A DNA stretch of 64,000 nucleotides from Pirellulales bacterium. Lineage in GTDB: Bacteria; Planctomycetota; Planctomycetia; Pirellulales; PALSA-1355. Positions 20,734 to 29,845 of this stretch are shown here, one piece after another (the stretch's first letter is position 1; every line of letters begins with the position of its first letter). Made by a program: the position numbers and the translations under genes. The notes beneath the pieces were generated by a model. The model did not search any database and had not been told where the DNA came from. It saw only the letters and a program-made list of their open reading frames with translations. The stretch spans positions 192,001-256,000 of the forward strand of contig CAVTBU010000009.1 of assembly GCA_963733035.1 (NCBI GenBank), given 5' to 3'.

Positions 20734-22299
20734 GGCGTTGGTGACAGGTTCCTGGTTTCGCATCCAGACGATGCCGCGCTCCAGTCGGTACTTGGACCGC
20801 TTGCCCCAGGGTCGCTTATCCGTGAAGATGTCCACGCGCGAGATTGACCCGCGGAAGAATTGCCGCAGTAGATGTGGATCGGCTTTCGTGGCAGCCTCCC
20901 TGAAGCGTCCAAACCACTCTAGAGCAGCTTCGACCCTCCTGTCTATGTCATCGCCCTTCGTGCGTGAATTGGACGCACAGGACGCCAGACGGGCTTCTGC
21001 AGCCACACGTTGTCGACGCAATCCTCTGATCTGCTCTTGTACGTCGTCAAGCAGATCGGCGTCGACTTCCACCAGACGTTGCTTGGCCTTGGCCAGCTTC
21101 GCCTCGATGGCATCAAGTTCACGACGCAGTGCCTGCGGCTCGGGTTCCCGTTTCAGTTCCTTCAGTTGGCGTCTCATCGAGGATGCCAACTGCGCCAGGG
21201 TCTCGGGGTTGTAGTACCGTTCCTGCAGGCCATCCAGCACGCCGGCAACGATTTCATTCTGGCGTAGGGTGTTGCGGTCGCAGTACGTCTTCCCGTGCTG
21301 GCGGTATCCGTAGCAGGTGTAGTGGTGCTTGCCGTTCGACAAATCGCCGATCATCTTGTGCCCACACTTGCCACAGCGCAGCACTCCCGAGAGTACGAAA
21401 CCACCGCCGCTTGGGTGCGGTGTGGAGCAGTTCCTGCGCTCGGCCAACTGCTGCTGCACCCGGTCGAACGTATCCCGGTCGATAATCGCCTCATGGTGAT
21501 CCTCGAAGACGATCCAGTCGGCCGCGTTGTTCCGTTGCTCGGGGCGGCCCTTCCGCTTGTATTTCGACATGCAGCGCATGTTCCAGATGTAGTCTCCCAC
21601 GTAGACCCGGTTGCGGAGCATTCCAGCGATTCCGTTCGCTGTCCAGCCCTTCCCCTTGGGTGATGGTCGGCCTGAGTTGTTCAGCTCGTCGGCCAGCCCG
21701 CGCAGGCTCTTGGCCGCTAGGTACTCGGTGAAGAGCCAACGAACGAGCGCGACATCCTCTGTTGGCCCCAGCAAGAGTCGCTTATTGACCGCGACGTACC
21801 CCAACGCCGGCTTGCCGGATGCCCACAGGCCCTGCTCTGCGAGGCTAGTCATGCCGCGCGTGACATTCCTCGACAGATCGGTCAGGTATTGGTTCTTAGC
21901 CTCCTGCTGAATGCCGTACAGTACTCGACCAGCGAAGTCCCCCCAATCGATGAACCCTTGGGCGACGGTCGCGAGATGTACGCCAGCCCTGCGCAGTGGA
22001 AAGATCCAGTACCCAGCCTCGAGGGAATCAAATCGCCCGAACCGATCAATATCCCAACACAGGATCGCTTGGAACTTCCGGTGTTGTCCGTCTCTGACCA
22101 TCGCTTGGAATTCACGCCGCTTGTCGGTCGCATCGCCGCTGATTCCCTCGTCGATGTATTCACGAACGATGTGATAGCCGTTGGCCTTGGCGTACTTCTC
22201 GACTGCCGTCCGTTGGTCAGGAATCGAGGTTTCCTGTCGGTCGGTGCTCATGCGGTAGTAGGCCACCGCAGGGATGTAGTTTTCATTCGTCGCAATCAC
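20713..22299 (-). CDS. Large serine recombinase #1 (catalytic + recombinase + zinc-ribbon domains)
   Basis: YYRMSTDRQ (catalytic Ser), DEGISG, DRFGR, LSGVLRCGKCG, YTC…C, coiled coil; GGAGG RBS with GTG start. Confidence 0.93.
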   Translation of the reverse strand: MIATNENYIPAVAYYRMSTDRQETSIPDQRTAVEKYAKANGYHIVREYIDEGISGDATDKRREFQAMVRDGQHRKFQAILCWDIDRFGRFDSLEAGYWIFPLRRAGVHLATVAQGFIDWGDFAGRVLYGIQQEAKNQYLTDLSRNVTRGMTSLAEQGLWASGKPALGYVAVNKRLLLGPTEDVALVRWLFTEYLAAKSLRGLADELNNSGRPSPKGKGWTANGIAGMLRNRVYVGDYIWNMRCMSKYKRKGRPEQRNNAADWIVFEDHHEAIIDRDTFDRVQQQLAERRNCSTPHPSGGGFVLSGVLRCGKCGHKMIGDLSNGKHHYTCYGYRQHGKTYCDRNTLRQNEIVAGVLDGLQERYYNPETLAQLASSMRRQLKELKREPEPQALRRELDAIEAKLAKAKQRLVEVDADLLDDVQEQIRGLRRQRVAAEARLASCASNSRTKGDDIDRRVEAALEWFGRFREAATKADPHLLRQFFRGSISRVDIFTDKRPWGKRSKYRLERGIVWMRNQEPVTNAPEILAM

Positions 22300-22381
22300 A
22301 ATCCCGAGCCTCCATGGTTGAGATCAACAGTTGACATTGAGAAAACCAGATCGGCGACAATTCGTCAAGGAAACGCCACCG

Positions 22382-23047
22382 CTAGACCTCTCCCAATCTG
22401 TGGATTGAGTAATCCTCGACCTTATCCCAAAGGATGGTCACTACGCCGTTTTGCGTCATCACCGCAATGCCCGGATCGTTGTAGAGCACGTACCCGGTCG
22501 GCCCCGCGTCGTTATGACCGATGATAACCTTCCACTGCTGGGGAATCGGAACTTTGATGCCTTCAATGCGATGGAGTTCAATAAACCGTCCACTGTTTCG
22601 CAATTCGATGCACGCCTCAGAGAATTCCTCGAGTTGCGATACAGCCGACTTGGAGAGTTGCTGGTTCACAACTGTTTCTACTAGTCCAAGCGTTAATGCG
22701 CGACTCACGACGGACGTGAACGATCCAATAAAGAAGAGCCCGCTGCTGAAACCCTTGAACTTGGCTTCGATTTGCCGCTGGATGCGTTCAGCGGCACGTA
22801 CAAAGCCAACATCGAACATGAGGATTGCAGAACAGACGTGCTCACGACCGGAAACCATTCGTATTCTGGCCACGATGGGGTCCGGTGGGACGGGCTCAGC
22901 GAGTGGTGGCTCCATGCTACCGCCGACCATTTCGTCGGTAAGGCGGACAGGCTGTTTGCACGACGGACATGACACGACCCGGCCGACTAGTCTCTGGTCA
23001 TACTTAATGCGTCGGCCACACATGGGACAATTCGTTGTGGCACTCAT
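22382..23047 (-). CDS. Hypothetical protein with N-terminal zinc ribbon
   Basis: CPMC…CPSC, Pro-rich linker, hydrophobic segment. Confidence 0.6.
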   Translation of the reverse strand: MSATTNCPMCGRRIKYDQRLVGRVVSCPSCKQPVRLTDEMVGGSMEPPLAEPVPPDPIVARIRMVSGREHVCSAILMFDVGFVRAAERIQRQIEAKFKGFSSGLFFIGSFTSVVSRALTLGLVETVVNQQLSKSAVSQLEEFSEACIELRNSGRFIELHRIEGIKVPIPQQWKVIIGHNDAGPTGYVLYNDPGIAVMTQNGVVTILWDKVEDYSIHRLGEV

Positions 23048-23123
23048 GCACGGCAGCCCTCGCGGCTTGGATTTGGAAATATATCCCCGCCCCCAGTTCG
23101 CCCAGGGGCGGGGTCAGGGACGC

Positions 23124-23384
23124 TCAAGTCTCGTATCCGCCTATCTCCTGCCCAAGACCATGTCCTGCAGGATCGGCCATGATGTCCGCAAGGGTTGCGG
23201 CCCAGCCGCCGTCATCACCGCAACCGCGATTGTAGCCTTCGATGTACGCTTGGGCTTCGAGCGCGTTGTCCGCGATGTGGAGCAACGTCGGGGCAACATC
23301 CGGCCAGCACACAAAGATGGGCACGGGTGCCTCGCGACGGTTCGGGTCACCAAGGGTCAGATCGTCATCGTTCCAACGGACCAT
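23124..23384 (-). CDS. Small hypothetical protein
   Basis: Strong AAGGAGGT RBS before ATG 23384; 86 aa. Confidence 0.55.
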   Translation of the reverse strand: MVRWNDDDLTLGDPNRREAPVPIFVCWPDVAPTLLHIADNALEAQAYIEGYNRGCGDDGGWAATLADIMADPAGHGLGQEIGGYET

Positions 23385-23649
23385 GGCAGCACCTCCTTGC
23401 GCCGCGAGGAGCGCAGCAAAACAGCCACAGGCCCGTTGATCGTTGTCTGGGTGCCGAGACACCCTGCGCAGCCTCACGGTATGCGCACCGGTCAACGGGC
23501 TTGCGGCCATTCTGTCGACTTGACGGCATGGTATTCGACTCTCGGGTTTAGACGCCCACGAATCTAACAATCTGGTCAGCGCGAGACAAGTTAACATAAA
23601 ATGCCGCGAACGTTGTTGGAACCATCCATCGAAGTAGGATAATCCCAAA

Positions 23650-24264
23650 ATGGTGCTTTCGACTGTCGATTGGCTATCCAGTGAATGGGTAATGGTGGCG
23701 ATTGCCCTAATTCAGTTGGCCGCAACTTATTTTGCTTACAAGGTCGCGGGCGAGGCCGCATCCGCAGCCAAGGACTCAGTTACGATCGGCCACCTCACAG
23801 TGGAACAGATGCAACTCGAACGGCGTGCTTGGCTGACTTGCGAAACACCTCAAATCGAGCCATTTGAAATTGGTAAGTCGGTGCGATCCACGGTCAGCAT
23901 CAAAAATGACGGAAACACCCCCGCAGTTGTCAATCGGCAAATCGCTCAGGTGCTGGTGACGGATGCTGGTGGTGATGCGCTCGCAGAAATGGTCAAGACG
24001 GTTGAGCGTGAAATAGAACAATCAATGGCGCGAGAAGATGTCGTGGCACCCAATGCTAAGGTGGTTTTCAAAGGTGATCACGGCCTCCATTTAACGAAGG
24101 AACAGATCGATGCCATTTCTGTCGGCCAATGCGCCGTATACATACTTGTCCGCGTCAAGTACTGCGACATGTTCGGTGTTCGCCATATCACCCAGGGTTG
24201 TTATGTGTACACCCCTAGTGTGAAGCAGGTGTGGGGTTACCATGAGTTCAATTTCATGACTTAG
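23650..24264 (+). CDS. Hypothetical membrane-anchored cargo protein
   Basis: N-terminal TM helix then ERRAWL…IKNDGNTPA, beta-rich domain. Confidence 0.65.
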   Translation: MVLSTVDWLSSEWVMVAIALIQLAATYFAYKVAGEAASAAKDSVTIGHLTVEQMQLERRAWLTCETPQIEPFEIGKSVRSTVSIKNDGNTPAVVNRQIAQVLVTDAGGDALAEMVKTVEREIEQSMAREDVVAPNAKVVFKGDHGLHLTKEQIDAISVGQCAVYILVRVKYCDMFGVRHITQGCYVYTPSVKQVWGYHEFNFMT

Positions 24265-24305
24265 CGTCGGTCACGGCAAGCAACCTCAATTGCATTTGGA
24301 GCGAT

Positions 24306-24908
24306 ATGGTGCCACTACCCGATGCGGAATTCTGGCTGAAGACCCTGACTCCTTGGGCTGCGATTGTCGGCGCCGTTACAGGCGCCATAGGCCTAGGGCT
24401 CGGTATCTACAACCTGGTCCTGGCGCGAAAGTCACACAGAGTTAAGGTAGTGATTGAATGCAGTCTAGGCGGGAGCAATGTAGGGAAGGCGGAAGGAGGG
24501 GAGCCGATTCCGCAAGACCGCTGGCTCACGATCAAGATTATCAACTGCAGCTACTTTCCGATTACAGTGGACCGCGTAGGCCTCTCCATTCGGAAGCGGC
24601 GCTTGGCTAGGAGTAAGTTGTTTACGGTTCCACTCCGCAAGGATGTCTTTACCAAGCAATTGCGAATCGAATCTCGAGACGCAACTGAAGTCAAGTTATA
24701 CCTGGGCCGCCGAAGTCGGTTTGAGAAGTCGCGGTCTTTCGAGTATCTCAGCCAGCACACCGAAGAGCAAATTGTCGGTGCATTCGCGCACTTACCCACA
24801 GGTCAGACTTTCGTCGGTGGACGTGAGGATGCGCGAGCGGCATTGCGAGAGATGCGTCAAGTGTTCGAGTATTTCACCGAACATCAACTTCACCACACGA
24901 AGCAGTAG
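24306..24908 (+). CDS. Hypothetical membrane-anchored cargo protein
   Basis: GGAG RBS; N-terminal TM helix WAAIVGAVTGAIGLGLGIYNL; IKIINCSYFPITV. Confidence 0.65.
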   Translation: MVPLPDAEFWLKTLTPWAAIVGAVTGAIGLGLGIYNLVLARKSHRVKVVIECSLGGSNVGKAEGGEPIPQDRWLTIKIINCSYFPITVDRVGLSIRKRRLARSKLFTVPLRKDVFTKQLRIESRDATEVKLYLGRRSRFEKSRSFEYLSQHTEEQIVGAFAHLPTGQTFVGGREDARAALREMRQVFEYFTEHQLHHTKQ

Positions 24909-24912
24909 TCCA

Positions 24913-25830
24913 TCACGAGAACGGCCCCGGGTTCAGCTGGTTCAAGTCCGCGTATGCGAACCGGTTGAACGCCAAGTAGATCGCTGGCTGGCCCTCAGGC
25001 AGGATGGTGCCATCCTCATCGAGGTTGACCGTCATCGGCTCGCCCGTCTTCCGGTCGATGACGCGCTCTGCAGGCAGGCCGGGAAACGGCCGTGCGTAGT
25101 TGCCGTAGTTCAGCGCGGTACCCTTCCAGGTGTTCTCTGCAAACTGCCCCGGGTTGTCCGGGTCTTCCCTCAGCCGGAACCGAATCCGATAGGTGACGTG
25201 CTCGTAGATATCGCCGTTCACGTCCTCCTCGTCGGTTTCGATGTCATACAGCCACGCAGTACCGACCGGTGCGCCGTAGAACTCGGTCGCGCTGATCCGG
25301 TTGTGGAACCCAAGGAACACCGTAGGGTCGAAGGGAAACAGCTCGTAGCGGGTGACCTCGCGAATGTAGTCCCCTGAGGGCCCAGTCACCACAAGCGGCT
25401 CGCCGGCCGCAGTAGCGATGGAGTCTCCGGTCAAGACATCACGGGGCAGCGCCTCGTCGACCGTCTCACACCGCCACTTGCATATCGGCCGCCGGTAGAG
25501 TGGGTTCTCATCCTCGTTCGCGTTGGTGTAGCTGATGTCGTTCGTCAGCTTGGCGGTAACATCCCACAGCAGGCCTGGCAACCCGGTAATCGGGTTGCGG
25601 ATGGGACTCACCTCGCGGGCATCGTGATCCATCACCACCATGCCACGGTACAGCGTGCCGATCTGGGGAACACCGACTGCCCCGCAGATCTGATCGTAGT
25701 CCTCGGTGAGGCTCGAGACGACCTGAAAGGTGCGTGAGGCTTCGCGCTGCTTGTACCACAGCTTGTCCTTCTTCACCAACGCGATCTTGGCCGATTCGGT
25801 TTCGGCTTTCTCGCCAAGGCTAACCGCCAT
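24913..25830 (-). CDS. Hypothetical phage protein (possibly structural or tail-associated)
   Basis: 305 aa, host-like codon usage, TGATG-coupled to the upstream CSD gene and downstream of the capsid fragment; function inferred from context only. Confidence 0.5.
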   Translation of the reverse strand: MAVSLGEKAETESAKIALVKKDKLWYKQREASRTFQVVSSLTEDYDQICGAVGVPQIGTLYRGMVVMDHDAREVSPIRNPITGLPGLLWDVTAKLTNDISYTNANEDENPLYRRPICKWRCETVDEALPRDVLTGDSIATAAGEPLVVTGPSGDYIREVTRYELFPFDPTVFLGFHNRISATEFYGAPVGTAWLYDIETDEEDVNGDIYEHVTYRIRFRLREDPDNPGQFAENTWKGTALNYGNYARPFPGLPAERVIDRKTGEPMTVNLDEDGTILPEGQPAIYLAFNRFAYADLNQLNPGPFS

Positions 25831-26036
25831 CAGTCGAGCACCTCCACTCGCTCAGCACGCGGGCCACGGCCGGTGTCCTTGCCCAGCTCGAACTCGACGC
25901 GCTTACCGACGAGGTCGCTATTGAGTCTGCACCGGACGAGCGCGGAATGATGAAAGAATACGTCCTTGCTGATGTCCGCGCAGACGATGAAACCGAAACC
26001 GTACAGGTCTTTCACTGCCGAAACCAAACCCGTCAC
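25830..26036 (-). CDS. Cold-shock domain (OB-fold) protein
   Basis: YGFGFI (RNP1), DVFFHHSAL (RNP2), VEFE…GPRA; GGAGG RBS with GTG at 26036. Confidence 0.8.
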   Translation of the reverse strand: MTGLVSAVKDLYGFGFIVCADISKDVFFHHSALVRCRLNSDLVGKRVEFELGKDTGRGPRAERVEVLD

Positions 26037-26154
26037 CGCGATGGCCCTCCGATAGTGTTTCGTGGCGGGCCGCAGTCGCCGAACTACGGACCCGCCGCAC
26101 GGCCGAGGCAACTCAATCAAGCCGTGATTTCCTTGTTAGTTTGCTACGCCTGGT

Positions 26155-26866
26155 TCAGCTGGCGTCACCGCTCGACATGATGGCGAACTGCTCATCGCCC
26201 TGTGCCACGCCGAAGTCGTGGTAGCCACGCCATTGCATGCCCAGGGTGTTGAAGTCGGTCTGGCTGGACTCGATGGTCGGAACCGCGCGGCCGTTCAGGA
26301 GGGCGACCACGATTGCAGAACCAATTGAAGGTTCGGACATCAGGAACCACACAGTGCTGCTCTGGTTGCTGATTCCGCTGCCGTCCGGCTTCTTGATGCC
26401 GGTCACGTCCAGGTACTTGCTCTTCACGGGACGGTAGCGGCCTTGGTAGATGTTCTCGGTGCCGATCTGCGATCCGTTCGCGTCGACCGACAGTAGGGTC
26501 GTCTGTCGATACAGATTCGTCGCGGTGACGATCTGGGCAGTGCCCGTGAGCAGGATGGCTGGATCGGCCATAATCGGCTTTCCTCCTGCACCGGTGAACT
26601 TGCCGAAGGCGATTTCCCCGGCCTCCAGGCCCCCGATCGACAGCACATCATCGATCAGGTTGTTGTTGCCGACCGAGAAGAAACTGCCCGTGTTCGACAG
26701 TAGGGTGTCGTACACCTCCGATTCGATGGCCCAAACAGCACCATCAGCCAGACCGTTGAGCACCTGACGGAAGGCGTCCAGGTCGTCGTTGATGATGTGC
26801 CGGCGGTCGAGCGAAAGCATCCGCCCGCGGGTCTCCGCCTGCACGGTACGCTTCGAGTCCGACAGC
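26155..26866 (-). pseudogene. C-terminal fragment of a phage major capsid protein (Mu gpT-like), 5' truncated
   Basis: TRGRMLSLDRRHIINDDLDAF…LNGRAVPTIE…LGMQWRGYHDFGV; the frame is closed by TAG just upstream, next to the 41-bp repeat. Confidence 0.75.
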
Positions 26867-26872
26867 TATTCT

Positions 26873-26913
26873 CCATCTACAGAATCCAACAACCCACTAC
26901 GCCTACCCCTAGC
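26873..26913 (+). repeat. 41-bp direct repeat, copy 2
   Basis: Identical to 19166-19206; about 200 bp upstream of the resolvase. Confidence 0.95.
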
Positions 26914-27039
26914 CGAAACCGCAGCTGATCCTCGCCCGGATCGTAAAGCGTCAATGTCGCTGCGCTAGCCCCGTCGATTCCCGAGCGTTCTGCCCCTAGC
27001 TGCCCCCTCTGACCGTAACGTTTCGGCTCTAGTCGATAA

Positions 27040-27070
27040 TTTACTACGTGTGTGGTAGAGCGTAGACTAA
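27040..27070 (+). promoter_or_regulatory. Putative sigma70 promoter (TTTACT-N17-TAGACT) with operator-like spacer
   Basis: 24/31 identical to 27770-27800. Confidence 0.6.
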
Positions 27071-27114
27071 GGGTAACGGTACGTATGTTCACTACGATAC
27101 AGGAGGGGCGAACC

Positions 27115-27714
27115 ATGAAGCATATTGCGATCTACTTGCGGGTATCCACGACCGGACAGGACACGAAAAGCCAGCTACCCGACCTGGAACGATGGGCTGC
27201 GGCTCAATCCGATCCGGTCAAGTTCTACAGCGACAAGGCGAGCGGTAAGACGATGGACCGGCCGGGCTGGGCGAAGCTAGAGGCAGCGATTCGACAGGGC
27301 CGCGTTAAGGCTGTCGTAGTGTGGAGGATTGATCGACTCGGCCGCACCGCCAAAGGGCTTACTGCGCTGTTCGACGAACTACGCGAGCGGAAGATCAACC
27401 TAGTCTCGCTACGCGATGGCCTGGACCTATCGACCCCGGCCGGGCGGTTGATGGCGAACGTGCTTGCGTCTGTGGCTCAGTATGAAACCGAAGTGCGGGG
27501 CGAGCGAGTAGCAGCCGGGCAAGCCAAAGCACGGTCGCAGGGCAAGCGTTGGGGCGGCTCGCAACCGGGAGTGCGGAAGAAGGTCACCGATACGCAGCTC
27601 AAGGCTATCCACTCGATGCGTGCGAACGGCGAGCGTATCACCCATATCGCCACCGCTCTGGGGCTCTCTCGGCCCACGATCTATGCCGTCCTACGCGAGC
27701 CCGCAGCAGCGTAA
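27115..27714 (+). CDS. Small serine recombinase (resolvase/invertase family) with C-terminal HTH
   Basis: YLRVST, DKASG, RPG, DRLGR, DLSTPAGRLM, AQYE, LGLSRPTIY; AGGAGG RBS. Confidence 0.93.
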   Translation: MKHIAIYLRVSTTGQDTKSQLPDLERWAAAQSDPVKFYSDKASGKTMDRPGWAKLEAAIRQGRVKAVVVWRIDRLGRTAKGLTALFDELRERKINLVSLRDGLDLSTPAGRLMANVLASVAQYETEVRGERVAAGQAKARSQGKRWGGSQPGVRKKVTDTQLKAIHSMRANGERITHIATALGLSRPTIYAVLREPAAA

Positions 27715-27769
27715 AGTGAGGGCCGAGTGGAGCCTACGAAATACCCCGCAGATACTGGGCAGATAACGG

Positions 27770-27800
27770 TTTACTACAAGTGTGGTAGTAGCTAGGCTAA
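27770..27800 (+). promoter_or_regulatory. Putative sigma70 promoter (TTTACT-N17-TAGGCT) for the terminase operon
   Basis: Near-duplicate of 27040-27070. Confidence 0.6.
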
Positions 27801-27824
27801 TAGTAAGCGATGGGGGTATAAGCA

Positions 27825-28220
27825 ATGCCCAGAGTCAGCAGGGGCACCCGAACCAACCAAAGCCATAAGGGCCGAGTCTTGCCTCCCAAGTACACAGCCG
27901 GGTTTCTCACAACGCTGGACGGCCGCACTGAGTTGGCCCGTGGTCTACGCGAGCGGTTTGACTCGATTGTGGCCGATCTGGGCGGACCCGGAGAGCTATC
28001 GCAAATCAAGGCATCGCTGGTTGAACGGTTTGTCTGGCTGGAAGCATCGTTGATGAGCATCGAAGCAGCGATGGCCGAGACGACCGACCCGAAGCAGTAT
28101 GCCGACCTAGTTGCCCGCTGGACTCAGGCTTGCAACACGCTGCTAGGCATCGGTAAGTCGCTCGGCATTGACCGCAAGCTTGGCTCGGCGCCTTGGCTGG
28201 CGGAGGCTAAGCAAACATGA
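27825..28220 (+). CDS. Putative terminase small subunit
   Basis: 131 aa helical protein (DGRT…DLGG…LGIDR), ATGA-coupled to the terminase large subunit; call rests mainly on position. Confidence 0.55.
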   Translation: MPRVSRGTRTNQSHKGRVLPPKYTAGFLTTLDGRTELARGLRERFDSIVADLGGPGELSQIKASLVERFVWLEASLMSIEAAMAETTDPKQYADLVARWTQACNTLLGIGKSLGIDRKLGSAPWLAEAKQT

Positions 28221-29845
28221 TCGACGCCCAACAGTACCAGCTCTATGCCTCCAATCCGGCTGCCTTCCGCGATGATCTCAACGTAGAGGTAAGCGGCTCG
28301 GTCTGTCGCTTCGGTGATATCCAGGACGACTGGCAGCGTCGTGACTTTGAATCCCTAGACCCGGCTTGGCTGCGCTGTACAGGCAGGGACCACGGCGACA
28401 ACGCAATACGGACACGCGGCTACCTGGAACGCGGACGCGGACACTCCAAGACAACCGACCTAGCGATGATGGCCATCTGGGCCTTGGCGTTCGCCACTCG
28501 CTCACTGCGGGGCTACTGCTTCGCTGCCGACAAGGATCAAGCCGCGTTGCTCCACGATGCGATGCGTACGCTCGTGCGCTTGAATCCCTGGCTGGCTGAG
28601 ATCCTAGAAGTTCAGCGGGAACAGGTTGTAAACGTCGCACAAGACCATCGGGGCAACGGGAGCCGATTAACGATCTTCACCAGTGACGTCGGATCGTCCT
28701 ACGGTATCCTCCCGGACTTCATCATTGCCGACGAACTAACGCACTGGGCTGGTGATGGCTCGCTCTGGTACTCGATCATCAGCTCTGCCGCCAAGCAGAC
28801 GAATTGCGTGCTGGTCGTTATCTCCAACGCGGGTTTCGTCGACTCATGGCAGTGGAACGTCCGGGAAGCGGCTCGCAACGATCCTAGCTGGATCTTCTCT
28901 CGGCTCGATGGGCCAAGGGCTTCTTGGCTGACCAAAGATCGACTAGCCGAACAACGGCGCATGCTTCCGCCCATAGCGTATGACCGGCTGTGGGGAAACC
29001 GTTGGAGTTCAGGCGGTGGCGATGCCTTAACGGAGGAGGATATCCAGGCCGCATTCGACAACAACCTGCGGCCGATGACCGGTCGTGAATCAGATTGGGT
29101 ATTCGTAGCGGGACTGGATTTAGGGCTCAAGCGTGACGGCTCGGCCGTGGTTGTACTGGCGGCACCGGTCAACGGTCGCAACGGCGGTAGGATTCGCCTA
29201 GCTCATCATCAACTCTGGCGTCCTCAGGATTCAGGCGGCAAGGTCAAGCTGACGGAAATCGAAGACCATATCAAAAAGTTGGATCGGCGGTTTAACCTGC
29301 GATGCGTTGGCTTCGATCCATGGCAAGCCGAACACATGGCCCAACGCCTGGAAGTCCATTCCCGGCACCGTAGCCGCAGCTCTCGCTTTCGCTCGATAGA
29401 TGGGCCCTGGATGCGGGAGGTACCGCCCACAGGCGGCAACCTTCGCACAATCGCCAACCTAACCATCGAGACGTTCACGGATCGTCGGTTAATGCTCTTC
29501 GACTGTCCGCCGTTGGAGCGTGACCTACGCAAGCTGCGAGCGGAAGAGAAGAGCTACGGCGTTCGCCTTACCAGCCCACGCGATGAACATGGCCACGGCG
29601 ATAGCTTCACAGCCCTTGCCAATGCCTTGCTGCTGGCCCATGAGATAGCCGGTGAAAAGGTAATCACGCTCCAGGCTTGGGGCAGCGGGATGCCGTACGA
29701 CGATGGCGATGAGGAAGACGACCGGCACGCGATTGACGACTACCTGGAAGAAATGGAGTACCTGGAGAGCTTGCCTGATGGACCAGAGCGAGTGATTCGA
29801 GGCATCGAACACTGGGAGAACAACACGAATGACCCACTACTTTGA
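28217..29845 (+). CDS. Terminase large subunit
   Basis: Walker A RGRGHSKTT, AADKDQA, Walker B FIIADE, ISNAG coupling motif, nuclease AGLDLG…FDPW…HGD. Confidence 0.85.
   Translation: MIDAQQYQLYASNPAAFRDDLNVEVSGSVCRFGDIQDDWQRRDFESLDPAWLRCTGRDHGDNAIRTRGYLERGRGHSKTTDLAMMAIWALAFATRSLRGYCFAADKDQAALLHDAMRTLVRLNPWLAEILEVQREQVVNVAQDHRGNGSRLTIFTSDVGSSYGILPDFIIADELTHWAGDGSLWYSIISSAAKQTNCVLVVISNAGFVDSWQWNVREAARNDPSWIFSRLDGPRASWLTKDRLAEQRRMLPPIAYDRLWGNRWSSGGGDALTEEDIQAAFDNNLRPMTGRESDWVFVAGLDLGLKRDGSAVVVLAAPVNGRNGGRIRLAHHQLWRPQDSGGKVKLTEIEDHIKKLDRRFNLRCVGFDPWQAEHMAQRLEVHSRHRSRSSRFRSIDGPWMREVPPTGGNLRTIANLTIETFTDRRLMLFDCPPLERDLRKLRAEEKSYGVRLTSPRDEHGHGDSFTALANALLLAHEIAGEKVITLQAWGSGMPYDDGDEEDDRHAIDDYLEEMEYLESLPDGPERVIRGIEHWENNTNDPLL

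Noticed and set aside
20717..21214. ORF MAKISGALVT… as an alternative ComM C-terminus after inversion
   Set aside because: Only the first six residues match ComM; the rest is the antisense of recombinase #1 with no protein-like features.
19166..26913. Integron attC cassettes or an IS target-site duplication
   Set aside because: The repeat lacks attC R/L-box palindromy, no tyrosine integrase or transposase is present, and 41 bp is too long for a typical target duplication.
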